A stretch of 63,999 nt of DNA, filler included, from an uncultured bacterium (GTDB taxonomy: Bacteria; CAYJOG01): NCBI GenBank assembly GCA_964371695.1. It is 20 parts of 20 records of this genome, joined end to end, with 100 filler letters (N's around TTAATTAATTAA, not from the genome) between each part and the next. Parts side by side here need not be neighbours in the genome. Positions count along the whole stretch, not along the records: positions 1 to 3,211 come from CAYJOG010000403.1; positions 3,312 to 6,513 come from CAYJOG010000404.1; positions 6,614 to 9,812 come from CAYJOG010000405.1; 17 more parts are not named here. One strand, 5' to 3'. The translations under genes and the position numbers were made by a program. Shown here piece after piece: positions 1 through 9,373 of the stretch (positions are counted from its first letter, which is position 1; each line of letters begins with the position of its first letter). The notes below the pieces were generated by a model. The model ran no database searches. It saw only the letters and a list, made by a program, of their open reading frames with translations, and was not told the origin of the DNA.

Positions 1-160
1 ACTTTTAAAACCCAACGCCTTCGTGGGCAAAGCCCCCTCGGCGTGGCGAAAACCTCAACTTTTTCAAAGTTTCGGCTTTCGTGTGCGGTCATCCATGACC
101 GCAAGAGCCTGGTTGAAATTAAACCATGTTCCACATGGCCTAATTTCAAAACAGGCTCTG
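1..160. mobile_element. Structured MITE-like repeat, family A (copy 1, left end cut by window start)
   Basis: Hairpins ACGCC..GGCAAAGCC..GGCGT, CGAAAACC..AACTTT ttc AAAGTT..GGCTTTCG and TGCGGTC-ATCCAT-GACCGCA, then a terminal palindrome AGAGCCTG..CAGGCTCT. Clearly similar to 46914-47065. Confidence 0.75.
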
Positions 161-225
161 ACTGGCATCAGACTGCCGCCGGGGTTTTCACACCATCCGG
201 CAATCTGCTTTCTATACTCACCGCC

Positions 226-726
226 ATGCCTGTCACACCACTCAAAGACATCGTGTGTCTGGTGCTGGATGTGGACGGTGTGCTCACCCCCGGCCTCTTG
301 CCCATGTCCGCCACCAACGACGGCGAAAAATGGTTTGACACGCAGGACGGCCTGGGCCTGGACCGCGCCACCCGACGCCATGGCCTGCAGGTGGTGGTCA
401 TCAGCGGACGCACCAGCCCGGCGGTGTCCCTGCGGGCCGCCGAGGTGGGGATTCCCCAGGAAAACCTCTATCTGGGCATCGAAGACAAACCCGCCACGTT
501 GCAGGACCACGCCCGCCGCCACGGCCTGGACCTGAAACACACGGCCTTTTTGGGAGACGACGTGAACGACCTGGCGGTGCTGGACATGGTGGGCCTGTTC
601 ATCGGCCCCGGCAACGCCACGGCGGGTGTGCGGCGGCGGGCGCACCGCCTCACCCGCGCCCACGGCGGCCGGGGCGCGGTGCGGGAGGTGCTGGAATGGC
701 TGGCGATGGCCAAGGGCTGGTGGTGA
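226..726 (+). CDS. kdsC: KDO 8-phosphate phosphatase (HAD family)
   Basis: LVLDVDGVLT, DGLGL, ISGR, GDDVNDL and GGRGAVRE motifs. Start placed at ATG 226, 7 nt after TATACT. Lies directly upstream of lptC. Confidence 0.9.
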   Translation: MPVTPLKDIVCLVLDVDGVLTPGLLPMSATNDGEKWFDTQDGLGLDRATRRHGLQVVVISGRTSPAVSLRAAEVGIPQENLYLGIEDKPATLQDHARRHGLDLKHTAFLGDDVNDLAVLDMVGLFIGPGNATAGVRRRAHRLTRAHGGRGAVREVLEWLAMAKGWW

Positions 727-1319
727 ACCGACTTTTTGCACTGCTGTTGCCGGTGCTGTTGGTTTTGCCGCTGGCGCAGTGCGCCCGCAAAAACCAGCCC
801 GCCCCCACCCTCAAAGAAAAAGCCCAGAAAGCCGTGAAGAAGAAAATCATGGATAACCTGCCCCGCCTGACGGTGGAAGAACCCCTGCTGCGGGAATATC
901 AGGACAACCAGAAACGTTGGGAACTGAAGGGCGAGCGCATCGAAAGCCAGCCCGACGACAAAACCGTGTTGTTCAAACGGGTGGACGTGTCCTTTTTTGA
1001 CGGCGACACCCCCACCCTGCGCATCAAGGCCCCCAAAGCAGCCTATGCCACCGACAGCCGGGTGCTGGCGCTCACCGGCGGCGTGCGGGCCGAGTTTCTG
1101 GAGGCCCACACCACCATCACGGCCCCCTATCTGCGTTATCTCCCCAAAACCCGTCAGGTGCGCTGCGACCAGCCCGTGAAGGTGAACGGCCCTGCGGGTT
1201 TTCTCTCGGCCAGCCACCTTGTGGCCGACGTGCGCAAACGGCAGGTGAGCCTCACCGGGGGCATTCAAATGGAACTGGATTTGGGCAGGCCCCAAAAAGC
1301 CCGCAGTCCCCGGCCTTAA
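723..1319 (+). CDS. lptC: LPS export periplasmic protein LptC
   Basis: N-terminal hydrophobic anchor and LptC-like beta-jellyroll pattern (KRWELKG, LRIKAPKAAY, LTGGV, SDQPV-like). GTGA overlap with the kdsC stop. Confidence 0.75.
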   Translation: MNRLFALLLPVLLVLPLAQCARKNQPAPTLKEKAQKAVKKKIMDNLPRLTVEEPLLREYQDNQKRWELKGERIESQPDDKTVLFKRVDVSFFDGDTPTLRIKAPKAAYATDSRVLALTGGVRAEFLEAHTTITAPYLRYLPKTRQVRCDQPVKVNGPAGFLSASHLVADVRKRQVSLTGGIQMELDLGRPQKARSPRP

Positions 1320-1343
1320 CAATCCTCTAACAAACCCTTGCCA
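1315..1343 (+). promoter_or_regulatory. Putative Pho box upstream of pstS
   Basis: CTTAACA, TCTAACA and CTTGCCA at 1315, 1326 and 1337 (11-nt period), resembling PhoP/SphR-type TTAACA repeats, about 35 nt before pstS. Confidence 0.5.
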
Positions 1344-1378
1344 CACTGGACCGGACAAAAACCGGCTCAGGAGGCCCC

Positions 1379-2260
1379 ATGAAGTTCCTCAAACCCCTCT
1401 CCGTCACCCTGTTGGCGGCAGCATTCACTGGCAGCGTTCACAGCGCCCAGGCCGCAGCCATCACGGTGAAAGGCTCTGACACCATGGTGATGCTCTCGCA
1501 ACTCTGGGCCGAAGCCTTCATGAAAAAGAACCCAGCCATCAAGGTGACCGTGACGGGCGGGGGCAGCGGCACGGGCATCGCCGCGCTCATGAACAACACC
1601 ACCAACCTGGCCAACGCCAGCCGCGACATCAAACCCGAAGAAAAAACCACCATCGAAAAAGGCGGCCGCAAGCTGCACGGCTACAAGGTGGCCATGGACG
1701 CCCTGGCCATTGTGGTGAACGCCAAATCCGCGCCGGTCAAAAGCCTCACCGTGCGCCAGCTTTTGGGCATTTACACCGGCCAGATCAACGACTGGCGGCA
1801 GGTGGGCGGCAAACCGGGGCGCATTGTGCGTTATTGCCGCGAAGCCAACAGCGGCACCTATGCCTTTTTCAAGGAACACGTTTTGGAGAACAAGGACTAC
1901 GCCCCCGACTGCCAGACCATGCCCGGCACCGCCTCAGTGGGTCAGGCCGTGAGCAAAGACCCCAAGGGCATCGGCTTTGGCGGCGTGGGTTATTTCGCCA
2001 AACAGAAATCTCTCAAGGTGCTGCCCATTGGTCTTGCCCCCGGCAAACCCGCCGTCAACCCCATCAAAAACGGCAAGGTGGATTTCCCCAGCGTGTGGAA
2101 GGGCATCTACCCCATCAGCCGCTACCTTTATGTTTTCAAGGCGGGCAACCCCAGCGCCGACGAGTTGAAGTTCCTCCGCTTTATCCTCAGCCCCGAAGGC
2201 CAGAAACTGGCGGACAAATCCGACTACGTGCCCATGCCGGTCAAAAAGAAAGGCCCCTGA
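1379..2260 (+). CDS. pstS: Phosphate ABC transporter substrate-binding protein
   Basis: Signal peptide; KGSDTM, GGGSGTGIAAL, ASR, REANSGTYAFF and YPISRYLY motifs; SD AGGAGG. Confidence 0.93.
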   Translation: MKFLKPLSVTLLAAAFTGSVHSAQAAAITVKGSDTMVMLSQLWAEAFMKKNPAIKVTVTGGGSGTGIAALMNNTTNLANASRDIKPEEKTTIEKGGRKLHGYKVAMDALAIVVNAKSAPVKSLTVRQLLGIYTGQINDWRQVGGKPGRIVRYCREANSGTYAFFKEHVLENKDYAPDCQTMPGTASVGQAVSKDPKGIGFGGVGYFAKQKSLKVLPIGLAPGKPAVNPIKNGKVDFPSVWKGIYPISRYLYVFKAGNPSADELKFLRFILSPEGQKLADKSDYVPMPVKKKGP

Positions 2261-2266
2261 GCCATC

Positions 2267-3211
2267 ATGGATGGAGAACTCGCCAGCCAGACCCTGAGCG
2301 TGACCCGCCATGCCCCGGCCGATGCCGGCGCGGGGCCTGCGGTGTCCGTGCCGCCGGGCCGGGCCGCCAGGCTGCTTTTTCCGGGCCGCTCCACCTCTGA
2401 AAAAATGTTGGAAAAGCTCATGGAAGCCGGGCTGAAAACCACGGGCCTGATGGTGCTGAGCCTGCTGTTTCTCATTTTCATGTTCATCTTCAAAGAGGGT
2501 TACGCCGCGTTTGACCTGGTGGGCGACTTGAGCCGTTTTCTGGGCCACTGGGACGAAGACTGGGAAACCGGAAAAAAGATTTTCATGCATACGTGGCAGG
2601 CCAACGGCGATGTGCCCAAACTGTCGTTTTTGCCCCTGGTGTGCGGCACGTTGCTGGTGGCCGTGCCCCCCGCTTTTTTGGCGGGCATTCTGGGCACGGG
2701 CTGCGCCATTTTTTTGAGCGAGCTGGCCCCCCGGTGGCTCAGGGAGATCGTGAAACCGGCTTTGGAAATGCTGGCCTCGATTCCCTCGGTGGTCATCGGA
2801 TTTTTCTGTCTGGTGGTGCTCTCAAGCCTGCTGTGGGCCTGGGTGCAGCCCCTGCAAACCATGGTGGAAAAAAGCATTGAAACCGGCGCGCTCAACCCCG
2901 ACGCCCTGCCTCTTTATTTGGACTGGATTTATAAAGCCACGCGCCTCAACGCCCTGGTGGGGGCAATCGGCGTGAGCGTGGTGGCCCTGCCCATGGTGGC
3001 CACCCTCAGTGAAGAAGCCATGCGGGCCGTGCCCCAGGACCTGCGCCACGCCAGCTACGCCCTGGGGGCCAACCGCTGGCAGACCATTCTGCGCGTGGTG
3101 GTGCCCGCCAGCGTGAGCGGCATTGGCCGGGCCTGGCTGCTGGGCCTGGGGCGCGCCATGGGCGAAACCATGATCGTGGTCATGGCCATCGGCAACGCCG
3201 CAGTCATCACC
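2267..3211 (+). CDS. pstC: Phosphate ABC transporter permease (3' truncated)
   Basis: LASIPSVVIGFF, EEAMRAVP..ASYALGA.RWQT and GRAMGETMIV motifs; follows pstS. Confidence 0.92.
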
Positions 3212-3311
3212 NNNNNNNNNNNNNNNNNNNNNNNNNNNNNNNNNNNNNNNNNNNNTTAATTAATTAANNNNNNNNNNNNNNNNNNNNNNNNNNNNNNNNN
3301 NNNNNNNNNNN
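3212..3311. other. Artificial contig-joining spacer (first of 19)
   Basis: 44 N + TTAATTAATTAA (stops in all six frames) + 44 N. The others start at 6514, 9813, 13104, 16369, 19621, 22859, 26092, 29324, 32555, 35760, 38954, 42143, 45332, 48515, 51696, 54873, 58048 and 61223. Intervening contigs shrink from 3202 to 3075 nt. A separate 10-N scaffold gap lies at 34616-34625. Confidence 0.99.
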
Positions 3312-3542
3312 CAGGCCGCACTTCGTGCGGCCATGGCTCCACGGGAGCGCCCCAGCCGGAAGACAATCGATTTCTCCAGCAGATTCAAATTTTGAGTGGA
3401 TTGTCTTCCGGCTGGGGCGCTCCCGTGGAGACGAGGCGGGCAAAGCCCGCGTGGTGGCCGCAACCTGTCAGGAACCGCCATGTTCTGGGGGTCCGGGGGA
3501 ACCGCTGTTCCCCCGGTGGGGGTGCGGGGGCGAAGCCCCTGC
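3312..3542. repeat. Composite palindromic repeat, family C, with a perfect 32-bp inverted repeat
   Basis: IR arms at 3337-3368 and 3399-3430 with a 30-nt spacer. Shares the GGCCGCACGAAGTGCGGCC hairpin, CAACCTGTCAGGAACCGCCA and GGGTCCGGG..GGGGTG.GGGG..CCCC with 9913-10031. Confidence 0.85.
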
Positions 3543-3600
3543 AATCATTAACATAACCAGCCTGCTGGGGCCATCAACGCCCCCCTGCTAAACTTCCCCC

Positions 3601-4950
3601 ATGTCGACCCACAAACCGCTCACCCGTCACGAAGAAGACCGCATTGCCAAAGACCTTCAGGCGCTGATTCGCATCGACACCACCAACCCGCCCGGCGACG
3701 AAGAACACTGCGCCGTGCAGATTGCGGACTGGCTGAAGGAGTTTGGCGTCGAGGCCCGGCTCATCAAGACCGCGCCCAAACGCAAAGCGGTGGTGGCTCG
3801 CCTCAAAGGAGACGGCAGCAAGCCGCCCCTGCTCATGGCGGGGCACATGGACGTGGTGCCCGCCAACCCCGCCGAGTGGACCCACCCACCCTTTGGGGGC
3901 GAAATCCACGAAGGCTGCATCTGGGGCCGTGGGGCCATTGACATGAAAAACTTTCTGGCCATGACCCTGGGGGTGTTGCGCCATGTGTCGGAAAAAGGCA
4001 TGACACTCAAGCGCGACCTGATTTATTGCGCCGTGCCCGACGAAGAAATCGCCTGCGAGTTTGGCAGCAAATATGTGGTGGACCACCACGCCGACCTGGT
4101 GAAGGCGGAATACATGCTGGGCGAAGGCGGCGGTTTTTCGCAGGTGATGGACGGCAAGTGGTTTTACCCCATCGAGGCCGCCGAAAAAGGCATCGCCTGG
4201 ATGAAAATGAAAGCCACCGGACGCCCCGGTCACGGCTCCATGCCCCACGAGGACATGGCGGTGTACAAACTGGCTGACGCGCTCAAAAAGATTGAAAAAA
4301 CCCGCCTGCCCCAACACAAGGTCAAAACCGTGGGGGTATTCATAGACGCCCTCAGCAGCCACATGGCTTTTCCCAAAAACCTGGCGCTCAAGGCTCTCAC
4401 CACGCCGGGCGTGAGCGACCTGATTCTCGAAAACCTCATGCCCGACAAAAAATCCGCCAACGTGTTCAAGGTGTTTCTGAGCAACTCCGCCACGCCCACG
4501 GCCCTGAGTGGCGGCAGCAACGCCAACGTGATTCCCAGCGAGGTGTCGGTGGTGCTGGATGGCCGCACGCTGCCGGGGCAGGACGCCCAGAGCCTGATCC
4601 GTGAACTCAAGGCCATGCTGGGCAACGACCTGACCTTTGAACTGATACACGAACTGCCGCCCCTGGAGTTCGACACCCACAACGACGTGTTCCGCACCCT
4701 CACCAAATGCGTGAAAGACCACCACCACGGGGCCATCCCCACCGCCTACATGGCCCCCGGTTACACCGACGCCAAATATTTCAGCCGCCTGGGGGCCATC
4801 TGTTATGGCTTTGCCCCGGTGATGCTGGACCCGCTGCGGGGACTGAATTATGGCGAGATGTTCCACGGCATTGACGAGCGGATTCCGGTGGACGGCCTGG
4901 CCTGGGGCAGTCAGGTGCTGACCGACGCCGTGTTGCGGATAGCGGGCTAA
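3601..4950 (+). CDS. M20/M25/M40 family metallopeptidase/deacylase
   Basis: GHMDVVP, GRGAIDMK, DEE, GHGSMP, GYTDAKYF and HGIDERI metal-binding motifs. Confidence 0.92.
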   Translation: MSTHKPLTRHEEDRIAKDLQALIRIDTTNPPGDEEHCAVQIADWLKEFGVEARLIKTAPKRKAVVARLKGDGSKPPLLMAGHMDVVPANPAEWTHPPFGGEIHEGCIWGRGAIDMKNFLAMTLGVLRHVSEKGMTLKRDLIYCAVPDEEIACEFGSKYVVDHHADLVKAEYMLGEGGGFSQVMDGKWFYPIEAAEKGIAWMKMKATGRPGHGSMPHEDMAVYKLADALKKIEKTRLPQHKVKTVGVFIDALSSHMAFPKNLALKALTTPGVSDLILENLMPDKKSANVFKVFLSNSATPTALSGGSNANVIPSEVSVVLDGRTLPGQDAQSLIRELKAMLGNDLTFELIHELPPLEFDTHNDVFRTLTKCVKDHHHGAIPTAYMAPGYTDAKYFSRLGAICYGFAPVMLDPLRGLNYGEMFHGIDERIPVDGLAWGSQVLTDAVLRIAG

Positions 4951-4995
4951 CTTCTTGGCCATCCAATCTGCTTTGTTTACAATGGTTTTTCACCC

Positions 4996-5460
4996 ATGAA
5001 CGCCCTGTGTGAAGCTGCCATCAAAGGAGACTTGGAAGAGGCGACGGAGCTGGTGCGGCACGGGGCCAAGGTGAACGAAGCTGACGAGCAGGGCAACACC
5101 CCCCTGCATCTGGCGGCGGCCAAGGGCAACAAACAGGTGGTGTATTTTTTGCTTGCGACAGGGGCCAGCCCCCTGGTGCCCAATCGCCAGCGCATGTTGC
5201 CCATACACATGGCGGCTTATTACGGCTATCTCATCACCGTGCGCATGCTGGCCGGAGACGGCATGGGCCTGCACGCCATGGACGCCAAGGGCCGCACCCC
5301 CGCCGACATCGCCCGCGAACGGGGTTATGACGCCATCGTGCATTTCCTGGAAAACAGCTTTGGCCAGTTGGAAACCCACCCCACACCAGTGCCCAGGTTT
5401 GCCAAGGGGCTTGGGGGATTCAAGAAAATTCCGCACCCGACCCTCAAAACGGGGGAGTAA
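4996..5460 (+). CDS. Ankyrin repeat protein
   Basis: GNTPLHLAAAKG, LPIHMAAYYG and GRTPADIA ankyrin consensus units. Confidence 0.88.
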   Translation: MNALCEAAIKGDLEEATELVRHGAKVNEADEQGNTPLHLAAAKGNKQVVYFLLATGASPLVPNRQRMLPIHMAAYYGYLITVRMLAGDGMGLHAMDAKGRTPADIARERGYDAIVHFLENSFGQLETHPTPVPRFAKGLGGFKKIPHPTLKTGE

Positions 5461-5469
5461 CATCAGGTT

Positions 5470-5685
5470 GTGAGTGATGAAGTGGACGAAGAAGCACGTG
5501 ACATGGTGTGTTATTGCATGGGTGTGCCCAAAAACGTCATCACCACCCTCATTGCCCGTCACGGCCTGAGAGAAGTGGAGCAGGTGACCGACCGATGCGG
5601 CGCGGCCGGGGGCTGTGGCACCTGCGCCTATGAAGTGTCCCAGTTGATCCACGAATACTGGCGACTCAGAACCTCCACATCCTGA
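5470..5685 (+). CDS. BFD-like [2Fe-2S] protein
   Basis: VCYCMGV ... GGCGTC, i.e. the CxC-x~30-CxxC pattern, in 71 aa. Confidence 0.8.
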   Translation: MSDEVDEEARDMVCYCMGVPKNVITTLIARHGLREVEQVTDRCGAAGGCGTCAYEVSQLIHEYWRLRTSTS

Positions 5686-5711
5686 AACCCCGGCGGCATT
5701 CATGGCATCAT

Positions 5712-6284
5712 GTGCGAATGCTGGCCAGGGCGGGCCATTGGCTGAAAATGCTGGAGCGGGGGCTTTGCTGGTGCTGGGCGGTGCTCAGCGGCCTATGCCT
5801 GCTGGGGCTGGCGGCCCTGCTGGTGCTGGACTGGCTGCACGGCCTGCTCGCGAGCCGCTGGCCCCAGGGACTGCTGGAAACACAACTGGCCAACGCCGGG
5901 CCTTGGGGTCAGCTCACCATGCTTTATCTGCTCACCTTTGGGGGCGCACTGGCGGCAGCCCGCGCCGAGCATCTGCGGGTGGACACCATCGAGCGCCTGC
6001 TCGGCCCCACCCTGCGCCCATGGTATCGCCGCGCGGTGCTGCTGGGGGCGTCGGCGCGGTGCGCCGGGGGGTGGCGGGCCAGGCTGGGCGTTAACCAACA
6101 GGTTTCACAGTTTTGGCTCAAAAAGCCCGGCAGCGACGTGCCCATGCGTTACGCCAGTCTGGCCCTGGTGCTGGCCATGGCGCTGATGGGGCTGCACTTT
6201 TTCCTGCACGTCTTCACCCAGCACGAGGTCAAACCCGATCCGATTTCTTTTGATAAGCCTTCTCCCCCAGGGGCGGCCCCATGA
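5712..6284 (+). CDS. TRAP transporter small permease (DctQ-like)
   Basis: Hydrophobic; FGGALAAARAEHLRVD motif; overlaps the start of the next membrane gene. The segment around 6040-6090 looks error-corrupted. Confidence 0.7.
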   Translation: MRMLARAGHWLKMLERGLCWCWAVLSGLCLLGLAALLVLDWLHGLLASRWPQGLLETQLANAGPWGQLTMLYLLTFGGALAAARAEHLRVDTIERLLGPTLRPWYRRAVLLGASARCAGGWRARLGVNQQVSQFWLKKPGSDVPMRYASLALVLAMALMGLHFFLHVFTQHEVKPDPISFDKPSPPGAAP

Positions 6285-6513
6285 ATCCCGGCCTGTTCGC
6301 TGGCCTGGGAGCCTTTCTGTTTTTCAGCGGCCTGCCGCTTTTTTTGCTGGTGGCGCTGTTGGGACTGGTGCTGCTGCTTCAGCACGGCATGATGCCCCAG
6401 GCCCTGGCGCTCAAGTTTCTGCACACCTTCGACAACCCCACCCTGCTCTGCATTCCCTGTTTCATCTTTCAGGGCGTGTTGATCACCGAAAGTGTGAGCG
6501 GCCAGACTGTCAC
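6281..6513 (+). CDS. TRAP transporter large permease (DctM-like, 3' truncated)
   Basis: GLPLFLLV and LLCIPCFIFQG resemble the DctM N-terminus (LLAIPFFILAG). Confidence 0.65.
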
Positions 6514-6613
6514 NNNNNNNNNNNNNNNNNNNNNNNNNNNNNNNNNNNNNNNNNNNNTTAATTAATTAANNNNNNNNNNNNNNNNNNNNNNNNNNNNNNN
6601 NNNNNNNNNNNNN

Positions 6614-7102
6614 ATCAGTGGCAGCGGCGGCTGATGCGGCAGGGGGGAGGGCTGGTGCGGGGGGTGCCATGGATGCAGGCGCAGGCCCCGGCTCACCTGC
6701 GGGGGCATGGCCGCCTTCGGGGGTATCCACCAGCCGTTTCACCATTTCTTCCAGATCCAGGGCGCGGGTCAGTTCGCCGCCCGCCACTGCCGTTTCCACC
6801 ATTTCGCCAAGCACGTCGCTGCCCTTGAACAGCAGTTCCACCATTTCCGGCGTCAGGGTGCGGGTTTTGTTGCGGAGCTGGTCCAGCAGGTTTTCCAGGT
6901 TGTGGGACAGTTCGGCGATGGGCTGAAAACCCATGGTGGCGGACATGCCCTTGAGTGTGTGGGCGGCGCGGAAAATTTCATTGATGAGGGTGTCATCCAC
7001 ACGGCCTGCGTCCAGCTCCAGCAGGCAGCGGTTCATCACCTGAAGATGCTCGCGGCCTTCATCTGCGAACATGCTCATGTATTGACTGGTGTCATTGTCC
7101 AT
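6614..7102 (-). CDS. cheA: Chemotaxis histidine kinase, Hpt domain (3' truncated)
   Basis: INEIFRAAHTLKGMSATMGF phospho-acceptor motif followed by a Pro/Ala linker. Confidence 0.93.
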
Positions 7103-7103
7103 G

Positions 7104-7574
7104 TCAGGTCCCTTTCTCTTTCAGGGCGATATTGATTTCCACTTCACCCAACTCGCTGCGAATGGGCACCACCAGGGTGCGGATGTCCACGGTGGAAATG
7201 CTCACGTCGTGGCCGGTGAGCAGGGTGGGGGGCGTGATGTCGCAGATGAACCCGGCGTTGGAAAGCTCGATGGAGGCGTTGCCGGTGACGATATTCGCCA
7301 ACTCGCACACGGCGCTTTTGGCCATTTCGTCAAACTCTTCCACGGCCAGACCCAGCATCATGGCGCTGGCGATGGACTTGGCCGTGTCCATTTTCATGCA
7401 AAAGAGCACCTGGCCGCGCACCATGCCCGTGATGCCCACCACCACGGTCACGTCCTGGCTCGGATAGGGACTGGACTTGAGGCCCAGCTTGCCCTGACTC
7501 GCAGGCACGTTCACGCTTTTGCGAAACACCGAAAGAGCGCTGACAACAAAGGGATTAACGTATTCAACGCGCAC
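7104..7574 (-). CDS. cheX: Chemotaxis phosphatase CheX
   Basis: YVNPF, VGITG, SAVCELANIVTG (ExxN) and DITPP motifs. Confidence 0.9.
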   Translation of the reverse strand: MRVEYVNPFVVSALSVFRKSVNVPASQGKLGLKSSPYPSQDVTVVVGITGMVRGQVLFCMKMDTAKSIASAMMLGLAVEEFDEMAKSAVCELANIVTGNASIELSNAGFICDITPPTLLTGHDVSISTVDIRTLVVPIRSELGEVEINIALKEKGT

Positions 7575-8631
7575 GGGGTGCTCCTTTTCGTGCTGGCTGG
7601 GTGGTCAGTTCGTGCAACCGGCCAGCCATCTCGTGAATGGGACGTTGTTCGTGGGAGACGCCTTCTTCCCACACGCTGCGGGGCATGCCATAAACCACTG
7701 CGGTCTCGGCGGTTTCAGAGAGCACGTAGCCCCCCGCCTCGCGCACACGGCGGCTGCCCTGGGTGCCGTCTTTGCCCATGCCCGTCAGCACCACGCTGAT
7801 GACATCGGCCCCGAAGTGGTCCACCGCGGCAGACAGCGTGATGTCCACAGCAGGCATGACCCCGTTAAGGGGTTGACCCACAAAGGTTTCCACGGTGTTG
7901 TCGGGTTTGAGGCGCATGTGATATCCGCCGGGTGCAACAATAGCACGGCCTGGGAGAAGCGGTAGACCGGATTCTCCCTCAACCACCTCGATGGCGCAAT
8001 CCTTGTCCAGTCTTTGGGCCAAACTGGTTGTAAAACCCTTTGGCATGTGCTGCACCACCAGATAAGCAGCCGGATCGGCCGGAGAAAGGGCGGGCAACAG
8101 GATTTTGAGCGCCCTGGGGCCGCCGGTGGAGGTGCCGATGACCACCAGCCGGTTGATGATGCCCGTGGCCCTGGGGGCTGAGGGGGGTTTGACAAAGGCC
8201 CTGGGCGTGGATGGGGCGGCGCGGGGGCTGTCCAGATTGATGCTGGGGGCCATGCGGATTTTCTCCACCAACTGCTCCCGCACCTTGTCCATGTCCAGCG
8301 AAACCCCCACGCTGGGTTTGGGGATGAAGTCATAAGCCCCGTTGTCCAGGGCCTCCAGCGTGGTTTCGGCCCCTTCGGTGGTCAGCACACGGCCCAGTTT
8401 TTCGGCGCTGATCACCTTCAGGGCCTCCAGGCCGCTCATGCCGGGCATTTCCACGTCCAGGGTGATGACGTCGGGTTGCAGCTTGCGGGCAAGACTGAGG
8501 GCTTCTTCACCATTTCTGGCGCGCCCCACCACGCTCAGGCCAGGCTCAGACGCCACCATGTCGCCAATCACCTTGCGCATGAAGGCGCTGTCATCCACCA
8601 CCAAAACACGAATCAAGGGCGCCTGCTCCAT
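7564..8631 (-). CDS. cheB: Chemotaxis response regulator protein-glutamate methylesterase
   Basis: VLVVDDSAFMR, LDVEMP, GTSTGGP, VQHMP, LTGMGKDG and VVYGMP motifs. Start at ATG 8631 after TAGACT. The receiver domain seems to lack about 5 aa. Confidence 0.93.
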   Translation of the reverse strand: MEQAPLIRVLVVDDSAFMRKVIGDMVASEPGLSVVGRARNGEEALSLARKLQPDVITLDVEMPGMSGLEALKVISAEKLGRVLTTEGAETTLEALDNGAYDFIPKPSVGVSLDMDKVREQLVEKIRMAPSINLDSPRAAPSTPRAFVKPPSAPRATGIINRLVVIGTSTGGPRALKILLPALSPADPAAYLVVQHMPKGFTTSLAQRLDKDCAIEVVEGESGLPLLPGRAIVAPGGYHMRLKPDNTVETFVGQPLNGVMPAVDITLSAAVDHFGADVISVVLTGMGKDGTQGSRRVREAGGYVLSETAETAVVYGMPRSVWEEGVSHEQRPIHEMAGRLHELTTQPARKGAPRAR

Positions 8632-8701
8632 GGGGATCAGTCTAACAAGGGGGCCATTGGGCCAAATCATGATTTGGCGAAGGGGGCAAACAGGTCATGG
8701 G

Positions 8702-9370
8702 TCAGATTTTATTCTTCCGGCGCATCTCGCTGAGTTTGTTGTTGATGAAGGCGATGATCTTGTCGCGGTCAGGTTCGGCGATGATGGTGAAGTTCACGCC
8801 CAGGTCGTGCAGTTCCCGGTCATCTTCGTGGCGCACCTTGTGGATCATCACCTCGCCCAGCAGGCTGGCCTCGTCGTGGCTGCCGGGGGGCAACTGCATG
8901 CGGATTTCCACCAGCGTGCCCTTGGTGAGGGGTTTGTCCAGCACCACCATGCAGCCGCCGCCGCTCAGGTCTTTGGTAAAGGCTTTTTTGTATTCGGTGA
9001 TGGGTGTGAGGTGGTCTTTCATCACGCGCATTTCAACGGGAATGGAAATGTCCATGCTGAAAAAATTGCGTTTGGGCAGGGCCTGCAGACGGCCCTTTTC
9101 GGGGCGGCTCATCACCAGCATCTGTTCGGGGCTGGACTTGCGCCCGATGATGGGGCCGCTGAACCGGAAGAGGTTGTCGTCACCGGCGATTTCCACGTCT
9201 ATGTTGGCCTGGGGCCGCAGCAGCTCCATGGCCCCCTTGGACGTGGGCATCGCCAGACCAATGGCTTTTTCCTGCACCACCAGCACCTTGCTCACAAAGG
9301 GAATGTTCTCCATGCCCTGTTGCAGTTTGATTTCGGCGCGTTGTCCTGGTTTCAGGTTTTCCCATGCCAT
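8702..9370 (-). CDS. Flagellar brake / PilZ-domain protein (YcgR/MotI-like)
   Basis: YcgR-N-like N-terminus. PilZ DLSGGG is present, while the RxxxR motif is degenerate (KRNFFS). C-terminal DRDKIIAFI. Confidence 0.8.
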   Translation of the reverse strand: MAWENLKPGQRAEIKLQQGMENIPFVSKVLVVQEKAIGLAMPTSKGAMELLRPQANIDVEIAGDDNLFRFSGPIIGRKSSPEQMLVMSRPEKGRLQALPKRNFFSMDISIPVEMRVMKDHLTPITEYKKAFTKDLSGGGCMVVLDKPLTKGTLVEIRMQLPPGSHDEASLLGEVMIHKVRHEDDRELHDLGVNFTIIAEPDRDKIIAFINNKLSEMRRKNKI

Positions 9371-9373
9371 CGG

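Noticed and set aside
43-225. Similar N-terminal peptides in ORF 43..726 (MAKTSTFSK..AVIHDR) and ORF 46826..48562 (MAKTQAFPK..AVVHDR)
   Set aside because: Both are read-throughs of the non-coding family A repeat; better starts are 226 and 47165.
3256-3267. Regularly recurring TTAATTAATTAA palindrome about every 3.2 kb
   Set aside because: It is an artificial six-frame-stop linker embedded in N runs, not a biological repeat.
3337-3430. CRISPR-like repeat-spacer unit (32-nt repeat, 30-nt spacer)
   Set aside because: The repeats are inverted rather than direct, there are only two, and no cas genes or arrays are present in the window.
6040-6090. Arg/Gly-rich stretch replacing a TM helix in DctQ, and a Pro-rich stretch in FlhG (9505-9560)
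   Set aside because: Both are G-rich on the plus strand and revert to family-like residues with a few G-to-T changes. This fits low-coverage sequencing error rather than novel motifs.
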